NCBI GenBank assembly: GCA_010356995.1
Contig: ML996696.1
Coordinates: 374,364 to 438,363 of the forward strand
Source: Trichodelitschia bisporula
Taxonomy: Eukaryota
Reading direction: 5' to 3'
Length of the DNA: 64,000 bases
Both the position numbers and the translations under genes were made by a program. The notes under the pieces were generated by a model, which was given only the letters and a program-made list of their open reading frames with translations, had not been told where the DNA came from and did no database searches. Shown here one piece after another: positions 36,811 to 46,932 of the stretch. Numbering within the stretch: the stretch's first letter is position 1; the number at the start of each line of letters is the position of its first letter.

Positions 36811-38998
36811 CTACCAGAAAAACGAAAAGATGATCGCTAAAAGAGCGGGCAGTCCGTAGACCACCCGATTGGCCGCGCCCGTGAACTGCGGCAAGACAGC
36901 AGTCGTGAGATTTCCGGGCTGGAAGCTGGTACCGTTGGCCATGACACCCGGCAGACCAGTAGCGGAAGGAACTCCGGTACCGGATGGGATGGTCGGCGGT
37001 GGCACCCAATTTGTAATGACCGCTGTACCACCAGGACATTCAGTGCAAATCACCGTCATCAGGTTCATGGTGAAATTGGTGCTGCTCGGGTTCACGATGG
37101 TCATGGTGGAATTGAGCCTCGACGTGATGGTTGGGAACGGAAGAGACGTGAGTGTTGCGGGGTCAATACTGGAGATGGTGCCATTGACGAGGAAGCTGCC
37201 AGTAGAAGGCGGAGACCCTGCTGCCGCCCCGCCAAAACCTGTCACCGCTCCAGTACCCGATGATGTAGTCGAAGCCGACCCTGGGAATGACGTTGAGAAA
37301 CCCGACCCTGAGGCGAAGGATCCCAAAGCTGACGACACGGTTGGAAACTGGGTCGAGAAAGCAGTCGAAAATGCCGCCGAAGAAGCCACTCCTGCTGAAG
37401 ATGCCGCACTTGTCGTAGCCCCGGGATCAAAAACGGACTCCACCGAGTTCAGAGCCTGCGTGAAGCTGCTGGCTGCCACGGAGAAGACGCTGAAGGCGGA
37501 TGCGACCGTTCCTCCGGTGGACATGAAGTTCGTGGCGGAGGCATTGCCGGCCGTAGCGTTGGTGGGTGTAAAGACGGTGGAAAACCCGCTTGAGGCAGCG
37601 CTAGCTGCTGCACCCGATGCGGCTCCAGCGATGGCGGAGGATATAGCCGCACCTGTAGCTCCACTGATGGTCAACGTTGTATTAGGGTCTTCAATCACTG
37701 TCATTGAAGCTCCGGTTGGAACTCCGCCGACGAGAATACTTGATACAGCACCCGGGGCCCCACCAGCCATGATTATCGAAGCGCTGGCGGGAGCTCCACC
37801 AACTAGGATTGTCGAAGCGACACCCGGGGCACCACCAACTATGATAGTCGAAGCGGCACCTGGGGCACCACCAACTATGATTGTCGAAGCGGCACCTGGT
37901 GCACCACCAAAAACGATGGTCGAAACTACGCCCGGAGATCCCCCAGAGATGATTGTTGAAACGGCGGCTGGGCCTCCACCAGAGATGATGCTTGAAGGCA
38001 CTGCTGAAGGTCCCGCAAAGACGATAGTTGATGTGACACCTGGAGCTCCGCCCATAAGAATTGTCGAAGCACCTCCTGGAGCCCCACCGGAGATGATGGT
38101 TGAGATTACGCCTGGAGCCAAACCAGAAATGACGGTCGACGCTGCCCCCGACGCTGCACCAGGGACTGCTCCAGAAATCACGGTTGAAGCCCCTACGCCG
38201 ATGCCGGAGACCGCACCTGAAGATTCAAGAGGGACCTCGAGTGTCTCGAACGACGTCAAAGCGTTGGTGATGACCCGGAAGGACCTGGTCGCAAAGGTGC
38301 TGGTGAAGCCCGAGACGCCAATGGGGCTTGCGGCAGGACCGAAAGCAGACTCGACAGTGGTTATGGCAGGAATAAAGGAGCTGGCTGCGACGGAGAAGAC
38401 GCTGAACGCCGAGAAACGTGGATCTTGGTTAGCGGCAATCTCAGACGAGGCCCCAGCAACAGTTCCAGTGCTTCCAAAGGAGAATGTGCCGATGCTTCCG
38501 AAAGTGGATGTGAAAGCGTCAATACGGGCTATCGACAGCACTGACGGGGCTACGGTGTTGGTCGGCAGCGAGGAAGTGGTGGGCCAAGTCGTTGTGGTCG
38601 TCGAGTAGGGGTCCGTCGTCGTCGCAGTCCGTGAGGATGAGAGCACACTGCTCGTGACCTCCGCCAGATGGGATGAGGTGAGAGTGAGTGGGCAGACGGT
38701 TGTCGAGACAGCCGTCGTGGCAGTGACAACAGCAATCCCATCACTGCGGACGGGGCAGTCTGTGACCCAAGGTGGACACCCGAGGACAGTCACCTCCTGT
38801 GTTTCGACCTGGGTGGAGGTGGAGATGGCTGGGATGACATCGACGACGACAACAGTGGACGTCGTCATGACAGACGTTCGGACGATGACTGCGATTGGAG
38901 TGTCAGCAAAGAGCGGATCACAGCGGAGCGAACACACCTTGAGCGCGGCTCAGTCCCGTCCCAGCCAGCGCCAGCAGGGCAAGATTGACGCCGTGCAT
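36811..38998 (-). CDS. GPI-type Ser/Thr/Gly/Ala-rich cell-wall/adhesin-like protein with 12-aa repeats (~712 aa)
   Basis: Signal-peptide exon 38998-38938 (MHGVNLALLALAGTGLSRAQ), intron 38937-38889. Motifs CPPWVTDCP and CTECP; GPI-like end QFTGAANRVVYGLPALLAIIFSFFW. Confidence 0.88.
37710..38200 (-). repeat. 36-bp coding repeat, consensus G(A/V)(A/V)STI(I/L/V)xGGAP
   Basis: About 13 units in the translation, including two identical GAASTIIVGGAP. Confidence 0.88.
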
Positions 38999-39710
38999 GA
39001 CGACTTGGATACAAGGATAACGAAAGAGCTGGAAGGAAGATGAACGAAACAACTGTCAGCAACTGAGCAGGTGGTCCAAAAGTCCAAAGTCGAAACTTAG
39101 AGAAGCCGAGTTGAAGTTGTTTGTGTGGTGGGAGAGAGTCGAGTGCTCTCGATATTATAGCACGGGAAGCCATCGATCGGCCACTCGCGATCGAGCCATC
39201 GGACCCAAGATTGCAACTCGCACTCACCAGATTGGAGGGTGTTGACCCAGGCGTATAGGAAAGAGTAGGGGTGGATCTGCTCCTGACAAATGGACTCTCC
39301 TGTCCAAGCTGGAAGTAGCAGCCTTCCTGCCAGCTCAACGTACCTCGTACTCTCCTCAATATACCGTCCGCCATTGCGACATCCATTGATAAGCACGGAC
39401 TATATTTACGCCGCCTCGAACCGGCGACTCGCCATTGTCCCGCTTGGACATAGTGCCTTCCTATAATCGACAATGGCTGTATATTCCTGCTCTCCCTTCA
39501 CGTAACCTGCCTGCCAGCGTTGGTGACAATGGAGGTGCACTGCACATTGTTTGCTCTGGCAATGTGAGCCATCAATGGGGTATATAACCGGACACTTCCA
39601 CAGCATCCACTCCATCCCTAACACAAGCATCTCCACCGCGACCTGCATCTTCACCAGTTTCGCCAACTCAACACCATTTACCTTCCAGCATCACTTTTCC
39701 AACATCCAAA

Positions 39711-40515
39711 ATGCGTGTCCCTTCTGTTGCTGGCTTCGGCCTGGTGGTCTTCGCTGCCAGTAAGTCATCTTTATTTCCCTTTTGTCCCTCGCTGACCATC
39801 ACAGTCACCGGCATCACGGCGTCGAACGTCAAGGTTGACAAGCGCTGGGACACCGTCACAGGTAACTCCCACACCCGCTGCACCAAGTCCCTGCTAACTC
39901 CACAGTCGCCACGACGGTGACATACATTCCCGCCAATTGTCTCCCGCAGCTCCCGACCATTACCGCAGCCCCCCCTCCAGCAACCAGCGGCCTCACCCTG
40001 CTGCTCCCCCTGGCTAGCACTGCCAACCCCGGTGCCATTGGCATCCCCCCCCAGGTCACTAGGTAAGTCCCGCACCGCATCTTTTTCTTTCTTTCGTGCG
40101 AGTGACGGTCAGCTCTGCTGCGTGGGTGGCTCCGGTCAACTCATGGCTTCCGCCGCCCGCCTCCGTAGCCCCGCCCGCCGTCGTGGTCCCGCCCCAGGCT
40201 TCAGTCGTCCCCGCTGGCCCCGTCACCTCAGCTGTCAAGTCGGTGGTGAGCACGGTCGTCGCTCCGCTGGCTACATTCAAGGCGTCTCCGACCTCGCCCA
40301 AGGCGTCCCCGTCCCCGTCCAAGGCGCCTCCGGCCTCGTCCAAGCCGCCCCCGTCCTCGTCCGTCAAGCCTCCCGTCACCAAAGCCGACTCCCCCGAGTC
40401 TTCGCCCACTGCCAGTCTGCCGCCAATCGTGACCGGCAACGCGCTGCGCAACTTCGAGTCCGCGAACATGGGGCTCGGACTGGCTGTCGCGGTGTTGGTC
40501 GCTGTGCTGGCGTAG
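39711..40515 (+). CDS. Small Pro/Ser-rich GPI-type cell-wall protein
   Basis: Four exons (introns ~39760-39803, 39862-39905, 40063-40111). Signal MRVPSVAGFGLVVFAA, KR dibasic site, PSPSKAPPASSKPPP, hydrophobic end TGNALRNFESANMGLGLAVAVLVAVLA; TATATAA at 39581. Confidence 0.82.
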
Positions 40516-40648
40516 ATGAGGGCGAGGCGGATGGGTTGGATTGAACCGGCGTTTTGGGTGCCGATCGTTGCCATTTTCTTGCTATTCCTGTCGTTGTATC
40601 ACTTGGGTGTAGTTCTGCGTAATAACGTTGTGTTTTAGTGCTGCTGAG

Positions 40649-41224
40649 ATGAAGGTTTCTCCGGTGATCAAGGCCCAGTACCTGCCAAAAGCCAAGCGCG
40701 CTTTCACCACGATGAAGCAAGTTAAGGCCACCGCCACTGCCGCATCGCCTGCGCCTACCTCCTCCGTCGACCGCCAGCTGCAGGTGCGTTCCAGCGAAGA
40801 ACACATGCGTGATCTTCAGGTGCAAGAGCAACCCGCCGTCGATTCTCAGATGCAAGATCAACTTACCATCGACGCTCCGGCGCAAGAGCAACCCTTCATC
40901 GATTCTCCCGCCTCCGTGTGGCATGAATTCTTCATCTTGTTTGCCTTGGGCACAGGTATAGGCACTGGCATGGCACTCGTCTATGTCACCTTCAAGGTGT
41001 TGGAAGCCAGCTGGGAATGGTCGGACCTGGAGAACTCAATATCGCGCCTTTGGGCCGAATGGGATGAAGTTCGGTATGAAGAAGTCGACCACCTAGTTCC
41101 ATATGTTGGGGCTTTTCAGCATCCTCGACATATCACCGACGCTTGGTGGGGTAGGGACATTGGTTACGTTGGGCATGTTCGACAGCGAGGTTCGATGGGG
41201 AGTAAGGGAGAGTGGGAGGTTTAG
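40649..41224 (+). CDS. Hypothetical single-pass membrane protein (~191 aa)
   Basis: Single ORF with a basic N-terminus, three QEQPxxDS-like repeats and hydrophobic FFILFALGTGIGTGMALVYVTF. No known domain. Confidence 0.5.
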   Translation: MKVSPVIKAQYLPKAKRAFTTMKQVKATATAASPAPTSSVDRQLQVRSSEEHMRDLQVQEQPAVDSQMQDQLTIDAPAQEQPFIDSPASVWHEFFILFALGTGIGTGMALVYVTFKVLEASWEWSDLENSISRLWAEWDEVRYEEVDHLVPYVGAFQHPRHITDAWWGRDIGYVGHVRQRGSMGSKGEWEV

Positions 41225-41548
41225 ATTTGCTTATTTACGTTGGCGATACATGCGGCTGGAGGTTTGGTCATAGCTGAGATCTGTTCACTGGACCTCTTAA
41301 CATATGACTGAACTTTGTATGTCCCTTCGGACAATCAGATAGCAATGGGCATGCTGGAATGAGTTATTTCTCGACGTCAATCTGGATGTTGTGTCATCGT
41401 GGAATGGAAAGAAGCCGCAAGTCATCATCCCAATCAATGCTTAGAGCCTGAAGGCACTGGATTCACTAGATACAGAGCTGCTTGACCATGCTTGAACACA
41501 ATCAACAGACCTGTCCCAAACCCAATACCTGTACACGCCCAAAGTGAC

Positions 41549-41994
41549 TTAAGCCGCGATGGTGACCTCAACCTCAACACCGGCCTCGATGTTGATGATG
41601 ATGGCCTTGACCAGCTCAGTCGGAGCATTGAGGCTACTCAGATCAGCACCGTTCCATCAAAACAATGTCGGCGCAACTCACTCGATGAGGCGCTTGTGGA
41701 CGCGCATCTCAAAGGTGTCCCACGTCTTGGAACCCTCACCGCAAGGCGTCTTGCGGGTCGTGACCTTGAGGATCTTGGTAGGCAGTCGGACGGGGCCCTT
41801 GACGCGCAGCTCCTTGCCCTTGGCGCGGTCGATCAGCTCAGTGCAGACCTTCTCGAGGGACTTGACATTGCGAGAGGTGAGCGTGATGCGGATCTTGTGG
41901 GTGCGCTGTGTGGACGTTAGCGGCTTCGAGGGACTGCATTGAGTTGACTAACCGGGCCCTCGCCGAAATCCTTCTCTCCCTTTTGGTAAGACAT
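41549..41994 (-). CDS. RPS20: 40S ribosomal protein uS10
   Basis: Three exons: [104 protein letters not shown]. Confidence 0.97.
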
Positions 41995-42341
41995 TTTGAT
42001 GATTATCCGATCGCGACGCGAGATTCAGTAACGTGACGATTGGAGTGAGCTGTTGCTTGAGGAGAGAAAAGAAAGGTAAGTGGAGAGGTTGATGTTGGGA
42101 TTTTGGTGTTGATAGACGCATTAACTTTTCGCCGAGTGTGGGATGGGAAATCTTGGCGATGGCCTGGATGCCTGGTTTATCGCTGTGATTGCCTTATTCG
42201 TATCACCGCGGTCATCCAGTCACTTCCTTTGGGACATCGCCTCACCGGCAAAGTTGTAAAAGCATCACGACCCCTCGATCTTTTCTGTGATACAGCGTTT
42301 CAACTCTTTAGAACACTCTCTTTTGTTATGCCCAACCAAAA

Positions 42342-44249
42342 ATGGCAATTTCACTTCCACCATTCGCCGAGTATCCGACAGCTGACGTCCGGGCAAAGCA
42401 AGCTCCGGCCGCGTGGGAGCAGGCCTTGGACTTGTGGCTCGCATTCTCACAATACTATTTGACAGTACCTCCTGACAGTTTTACGAAGTTCCTGGAGAGC
42501 GATAATTCAGGCCTCGCAGCCTTTCTTACATCGTACTTGAGAGAATCCGGAAGTTCAGCCCAAGATCCGTCCGAAAAGGCCACCAATCTTCGGAAGCAGT
42601 CCCTTCTCCTCAGCCATCGAGCGCTCTCTGGTGACCGAGTTCCGAAGGAATTGCTGGAATGGACCTTTCTTGCAGATCTATGCGGCACATTTCCCCGGAG
42701 CCAAGCCGTGCAAAAGCTCCTGGCTGGCCTTTGGTCGCTCAAGGAATCCGATGTCGATACCATTGAAAAATCCTTGAAGAAGCTAAAGGAGACGCTGGCT
42801 AAGGACCTGGAAGCCGGCAAGGCCAAGGATGTGGGAAGTACAGTTTCTAAGGTGATCCCGCTCATGAACGCCTCGACCGAGGTCTGCCGGTCATTGGTGA
42901 CGGGTTCCGACCTCCTAGACGCAATAGCCTCAACTTTCGTCAAGTTTCCTTCAGATGTCCAGGAACTACTCACTCTCTTCACCTACCTTGGCTTAATTTC
43001 GCTCTTAAAGAGAGACAAACCAAACCTCTCTCTCTTCTCGGACCACATATACTCGCTCGCACAATTCGCGGAGACGTCCCTCATCACCAGTCTGGTAACC
43101 AAATCTCCTCTCCTCCGTAAGCTACAGGAACTGGCCCAGCCTTCAGATGCCACCCGCGTCGCCTCTCTCAGGACAACTCTCCTCAAATTCGGCAACCCTT
43201 CAACCCCCCGTCCCAAGCGCCCACAGGATAAGGGCAAAGGCAAAGGCAAAGCAGACAGCTATGGCCACGACGCCATCCCCGCAATCCACATCCACAACCT
43301 AGACCAAATCCTGCAACTCCACGACCTCTTCCCACACCTCGGAACCGGCTTCCTCCGCCGCGTCCTCGACCGCTACGCTGACAACCTCGAAACCGCCGCC
43401 ACGCACCTCCTCGAAAACTCCCTCCCCCCCGACCTCAACCTCGCCGACCGCGACGATGTCCTCAGTATCGGGGCTGTAGCCAAATCGCCCTCTGTCCCGC
43501 TCCCGCACCCCACGCCCCCCCTGCCCGAACGCCGCAACATCCATGACGACGACGAGCTGGACCGTCTGACTGTTGATGCTTCGCGCCTGCACCTCGGCCG
43601 CAGGAACGCAGATCTGACAGCCGACGCCCTCCTCACAGATCGCTCATCTGCACCAAAGAAAGCAGCCATCCTCGCCGCCCTCGCGGCCTTTGACTCAGAT
43701 GATGACGAGCGCGACGACACGTATGACGCGGACGACGTAGGCGGGAGCATTGAGCCGGCCGCAGGCGAGGCCGACGGTGATCCGAACGAAGAAGCGCTCT
43801 TCACGGCGTGGCGCATGGATCCCGGCGTGCTTAGCCGCAGCGCGGAAGTGCGCCGGAGCGCTCCTCGGGCGGCGCTGAGGAGCGAGACGGGACTCACGGA
43901 TGAGATGATTGAGGGGTGGGGAGTCATGCTGGAGCGGGATCCGAGGAGGGTGAGGAGGCTTGAGGGTAGGTATGCGGCATTTCAGGGGCAGCAACGCGAG
44001 ATCGTGCGTACGGCGTGGAGGGGCGGGGAGGATGAGGAGAGTGGGGGGGAGAGGGGTCGGGGTGGGTTTCGGGGTCGGGGCGGGAGGGGACGCGGCGGTG
44101 GGCGTGGCGGCGGGCGCGGCGGGAATGTCGCTGGACCGGCGAGCGATGCGGATACGCAGCGCGCGAGGCAGAGGAAGGAGGTTGGGAAGGGGGCGGATAG
44201 GAGGAATCAGAGGGCGAAGAAGATGGCGCGGGGTGGGTTCCCTGGGTGA
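42342..44249 (+). CDS. CUE3: CUE-domain protein, Cue3/Rqt3/ASCC2 family (ribosome quality-control trigger subunit)
   Basis: 635-aa ORF. CUE domain ILQLHDLFPHLGTGFL..HLLENSLPPDL, ERRNIHDDDEL, DDERDDTYD, GLTDEMIEGW, RGG tract, ending RRNQRAKKMARGGF. Confidence 0.88.
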   Translation: MAISLPPFAEYPTADVRAKQAPAAWEQALDLWLAFSQYYLTVPPDSFTKFLESDNSGLAAFLTSYLRESGSSAQDPSEKATNLRKQSLLLSHRALSGDRVPKELLEWTFLADLCGTFPRSQAVQKLLAGLWSLKESDVDTIEKSLKKLKETLAKDLEAGKAKDVGSTVSKVIPLMNASTEVCRSLVTGSDLLDAIASTFVKFPSDVQELLTLFTYLGLISLLKRDKPNLSLFSDHIYSLAQFAETSLITSLVTKSPLLRKLQELAQPSDATRVASLRTTLLKFGNPSTPRPKRPQDKGKGKGKADSYGHDAIPAIHIHNLDQILQLHDLFPHLGTGFLRRVLDRYADNLETAATHLLENSLPPDLNLADRDDVLSIGAVAKSPSVPLPHPTPPLPERRNIHDDDELDRLTVDASRLHLGRRNADLTADALLTDRSSAPKKAAILAALAAFDSDDDERDDTYDADDVGGSIEPAAGEADGDPNEEALFTAWRMDPGVLSRSAEVRRSAPRAALRSETGLTDEMIEGWGVMLERDPRRVRRLEGRYAAFQGQQREIVRTAWRGGEDEESGGERGRGGFRGRGGRGRGGGRGGGRGGNVAGPASDADTQRARQRKEVGKGADRRNQRAKKMARGGFPG

Positions 44250-44571
44250 TGGGGTCTCGCATAAGCCATGTTCGCTGGGTAGATGGGTCTTTGATTCTAG
44301 AGATACTCTCTAGGTCTAAGGTAGAAATAGAGGTCGTAAGGCTTTCGTGATGTTATTATTGTTGCGAGGCTGAGGAAGCCATACCCCAGGCTGCGCTAAC
44401 GGGCCATCCCGAAGGTGGGGTGCATGACGCCAACCACCAGGATGGCCGCGGCTTCCTCATGGATATAATATGAGGTCACGCCTTCGCTTCCCGCAAACAC
44501 GGCCGCGATAGAACTCATCCTCCATTCTCTTAAACCTTCTCAACTTCCAGCAGCACGCAGTGACATCTTTC

Positions 44572-44602
44572 AAGCTTCAAGCTCAAGCTCAAGCTCAAGC
44601 TC
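44572..44602. repeat. Microsatellite (AAGCTC)n
   Basis: AAGCTTC followed by four AAGCTC units. Confidence 0.85.
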
Positions 44603-44692
44603 ATACTCCAACACTCCACCTCCACCGTCCAAACCACCACCCTGCTCCCCCGCATCATCCGCCTCCCCCTCCGCCGCCGCCATTCCCTCGCC

Positions 44693-45431
44693 ATGGCCTG
44701 GTCCTGTTCCAGCACCTCCAACGCCGGCCTGGCGGCCAACATGAGGAAGGAGGGGCTCATCACGTCGGACCGGGTTTTCGATGCTTTCGTCTCCGTATTC
44801 CCTCCCCTCCCTCACCACTCCTCACCCCTCCCATATAATAACCTATCCGCCGCCCTAGGTTGACCGCGCCCACTTCTCTCCCACAACCCCCTACGCCGAC
44901 TCCCCCCAAACAATCGGCCACGCCGCCACCATCTCCGCGCCGCACATGCACGCCTCCGCCGCCGAGACACTGCTGCCGTACCTAAACCCAGGTTCTAAGG
45001 TGTTGGATATAGGCTCCGGGTCGGGCTACTTGACTAATATCTTCGCCGCGCTCGTGCGGCCGGGTGGGACGGTGATCGGGGTGGATCACATACAGCCCCT
45101 GGTGGACCTCGGACTCAAAAACACTAAGAAGAGCCCCGAGGGGGCCAAGGCACTGGAGGAAGGGTTGATAAAGTTCGTATGCGCGGATGGAAGGAAAGGA
45201 TGGAAGGAGGGCGCGCCGTACGACGTCATCCACGTGGGCGCGGCGTGTGGGGTTCTGCACCAGGAGCTGGTGGAGCAGCTCAAGGCTCCCGGGAGGATGT
45301 TTGTGCCTGTTGAGGAGCAGGACGGGATGCAGTATGTTTTTGTGGTGGATAAGGATAAGGATGGGGGGGTGAGGAGGGAGCGGTTGTATGGCGTGCAGTA
45401 TGTCCCGTTGACGGATGCGCCGAAGGTGTGA
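44693..45431 (+). CDS. PCM1: Protein-L-isoaspartate O-methyltransferase (PIMT)
   Basis: MAWSCSSTSN..., intron 44795-44858, VDRAHF..PYADSPQTIGHAATISAPHMHA, VLDIGSGSGYL, APYDVIHVGAA, QYVPLTD. Confidence 0.95.
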
Positions 45432-45724
45432 GTAAGTCAATCGTGTGTTGGGGAGAGAGAAGGGGCTGACGGTGGCAGGGAGAGGGTGTGGCGAGCTGAG
45501 GCGGATTGTGTTGTGATGTGAGGAGGGGGATGGGGAGTGGGTTAGAGCAAGGCAGCAGTAGTGAAGAGTATATAGTCGTAAGTCCGATGCTATTCTCGCG
45601 TCTACGGACACCAGGAAACGCCAGAGAAATCGACCTCCAGTCTATCCTTCCAACCCCATTCACATTTCGCCTAAATACCTGATTAAGAGTTACGGTTCAG
45701 AGTTACTCCCCCAGCCCAAGCCCC

Positions 45725-46626
45725 TCATACAGTCCCAGATCCCGCGCGCCTCCCCCCCGCCTCAAGCGTACTCAGCGGCACCCCATTCGCCACACTCGGC
45801 AGCACGCCATACCGTCCAAAAACCTTCTGATCCACGCTCACATAATGCGGAATGCGCGCCAGCGGGTTGAACTTCGTCTCGATCCAGCGGAGCACCTTCT
45901 CCGGCGGCGCCAGGAAACGTATGTATCCCAGACCCCACAGGTACCCGACTGCGGAGCCGCAGATATGCCCTAGCAGCGAGGTGTACGGGACGAACAGCCA
46001 GGTGAGGAGCATGGTGATGAGGGGGAGGGTGGCGGTGGGGATGCGATAAGGCGAGGGGATGGGGAGGGGGAGGTACGGCGTTGTCCGGGACTGGATTACG
46101 CATTGGGCGCTGAAAAGGAGGAAGGTCCAGATGCTGGCGCCGCAGGCGGAGGTGTTGGTATGCAGGACGAAGAGGTTGGTGAGGACGTAGAGGACACCGG
46201 GGATGGTAGAGAAGGCTGTGGGGAGCTGTTAGGAGGGTGTAGATACGAGGGGAGGGGAACGTACGGCCGGTGAAGAGGACTAGGGTTACCAGGGTGCCAT
46301 GCTCGGATTCGAAGCGCTCGAGGAGCGGTGTTAGGGCGATGATGTTGATTACGGCGTGGATGATGCCCCGGTGGAGGAAGGGGTAGGTGTTGAGTCGGTA
46401 GGCTGCGGGATTAGTCTGTGATGCTCCATCGAGTACGAGACATACCTCCGCCGGCGAAGACCTCTTCCGGTGTCAGCGTGGTCCAGTGCTGGAAGCCACC
46501 ACTGATGCTCGCGAACCAGAAGGCAACGATGATGGCGAGGAAGATGCGGGTGCAGAGGGGCAGGCGGAAGAGGTACGAGCGCAGTCTCGCGGGATTGAAC
46601 TGCGGGATGGATGCCGCGGAAGGCAT
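45725..46626 (-). CDS. RBD2: Rhomboid intramembrane protease (Rbd2 type)
   Basis: Exons 46626-46446, 46402-46265, 46215-45725. YRLNTYPFLH..IHA, ERFESEHGTL, catalytic GASIW and GHICG. Confidence 0.88.
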
Positions 46627-46932
46627 GATGTCGGATTATCTCGGCCCCATATAGAGAGGGCAGTAAACAGTATAGTAAACAAGAAGAAAGGCGAAGCAGG
46701 AGGCCTTTGGTAGTGGAGCAGTTAAGGGCGCGAGTAAGATGAGATAGCAAAAAGTCAGACCCGCCGCTACCCTATCCCCCCTGTGGCTGTGTTTTCCACC
46801 GGTCGTGTGGCTGGGAATCCGGGGTAAGCAACGTAATTCGGGACAGCACCGACTCCTTCTGCTCCTGTTAGGGACCGTAACCTTTGGCCATTGGTATCAT
46901 CTACCGGGCATGAGCCGACAGATTCTCCAGCC

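Noticed and set aside
36869..38608. 579-aa plus-strand ORF
   Set aside because: Antisense shadow of the GPI protein, whose strand has the signal peptide and GPI tail.
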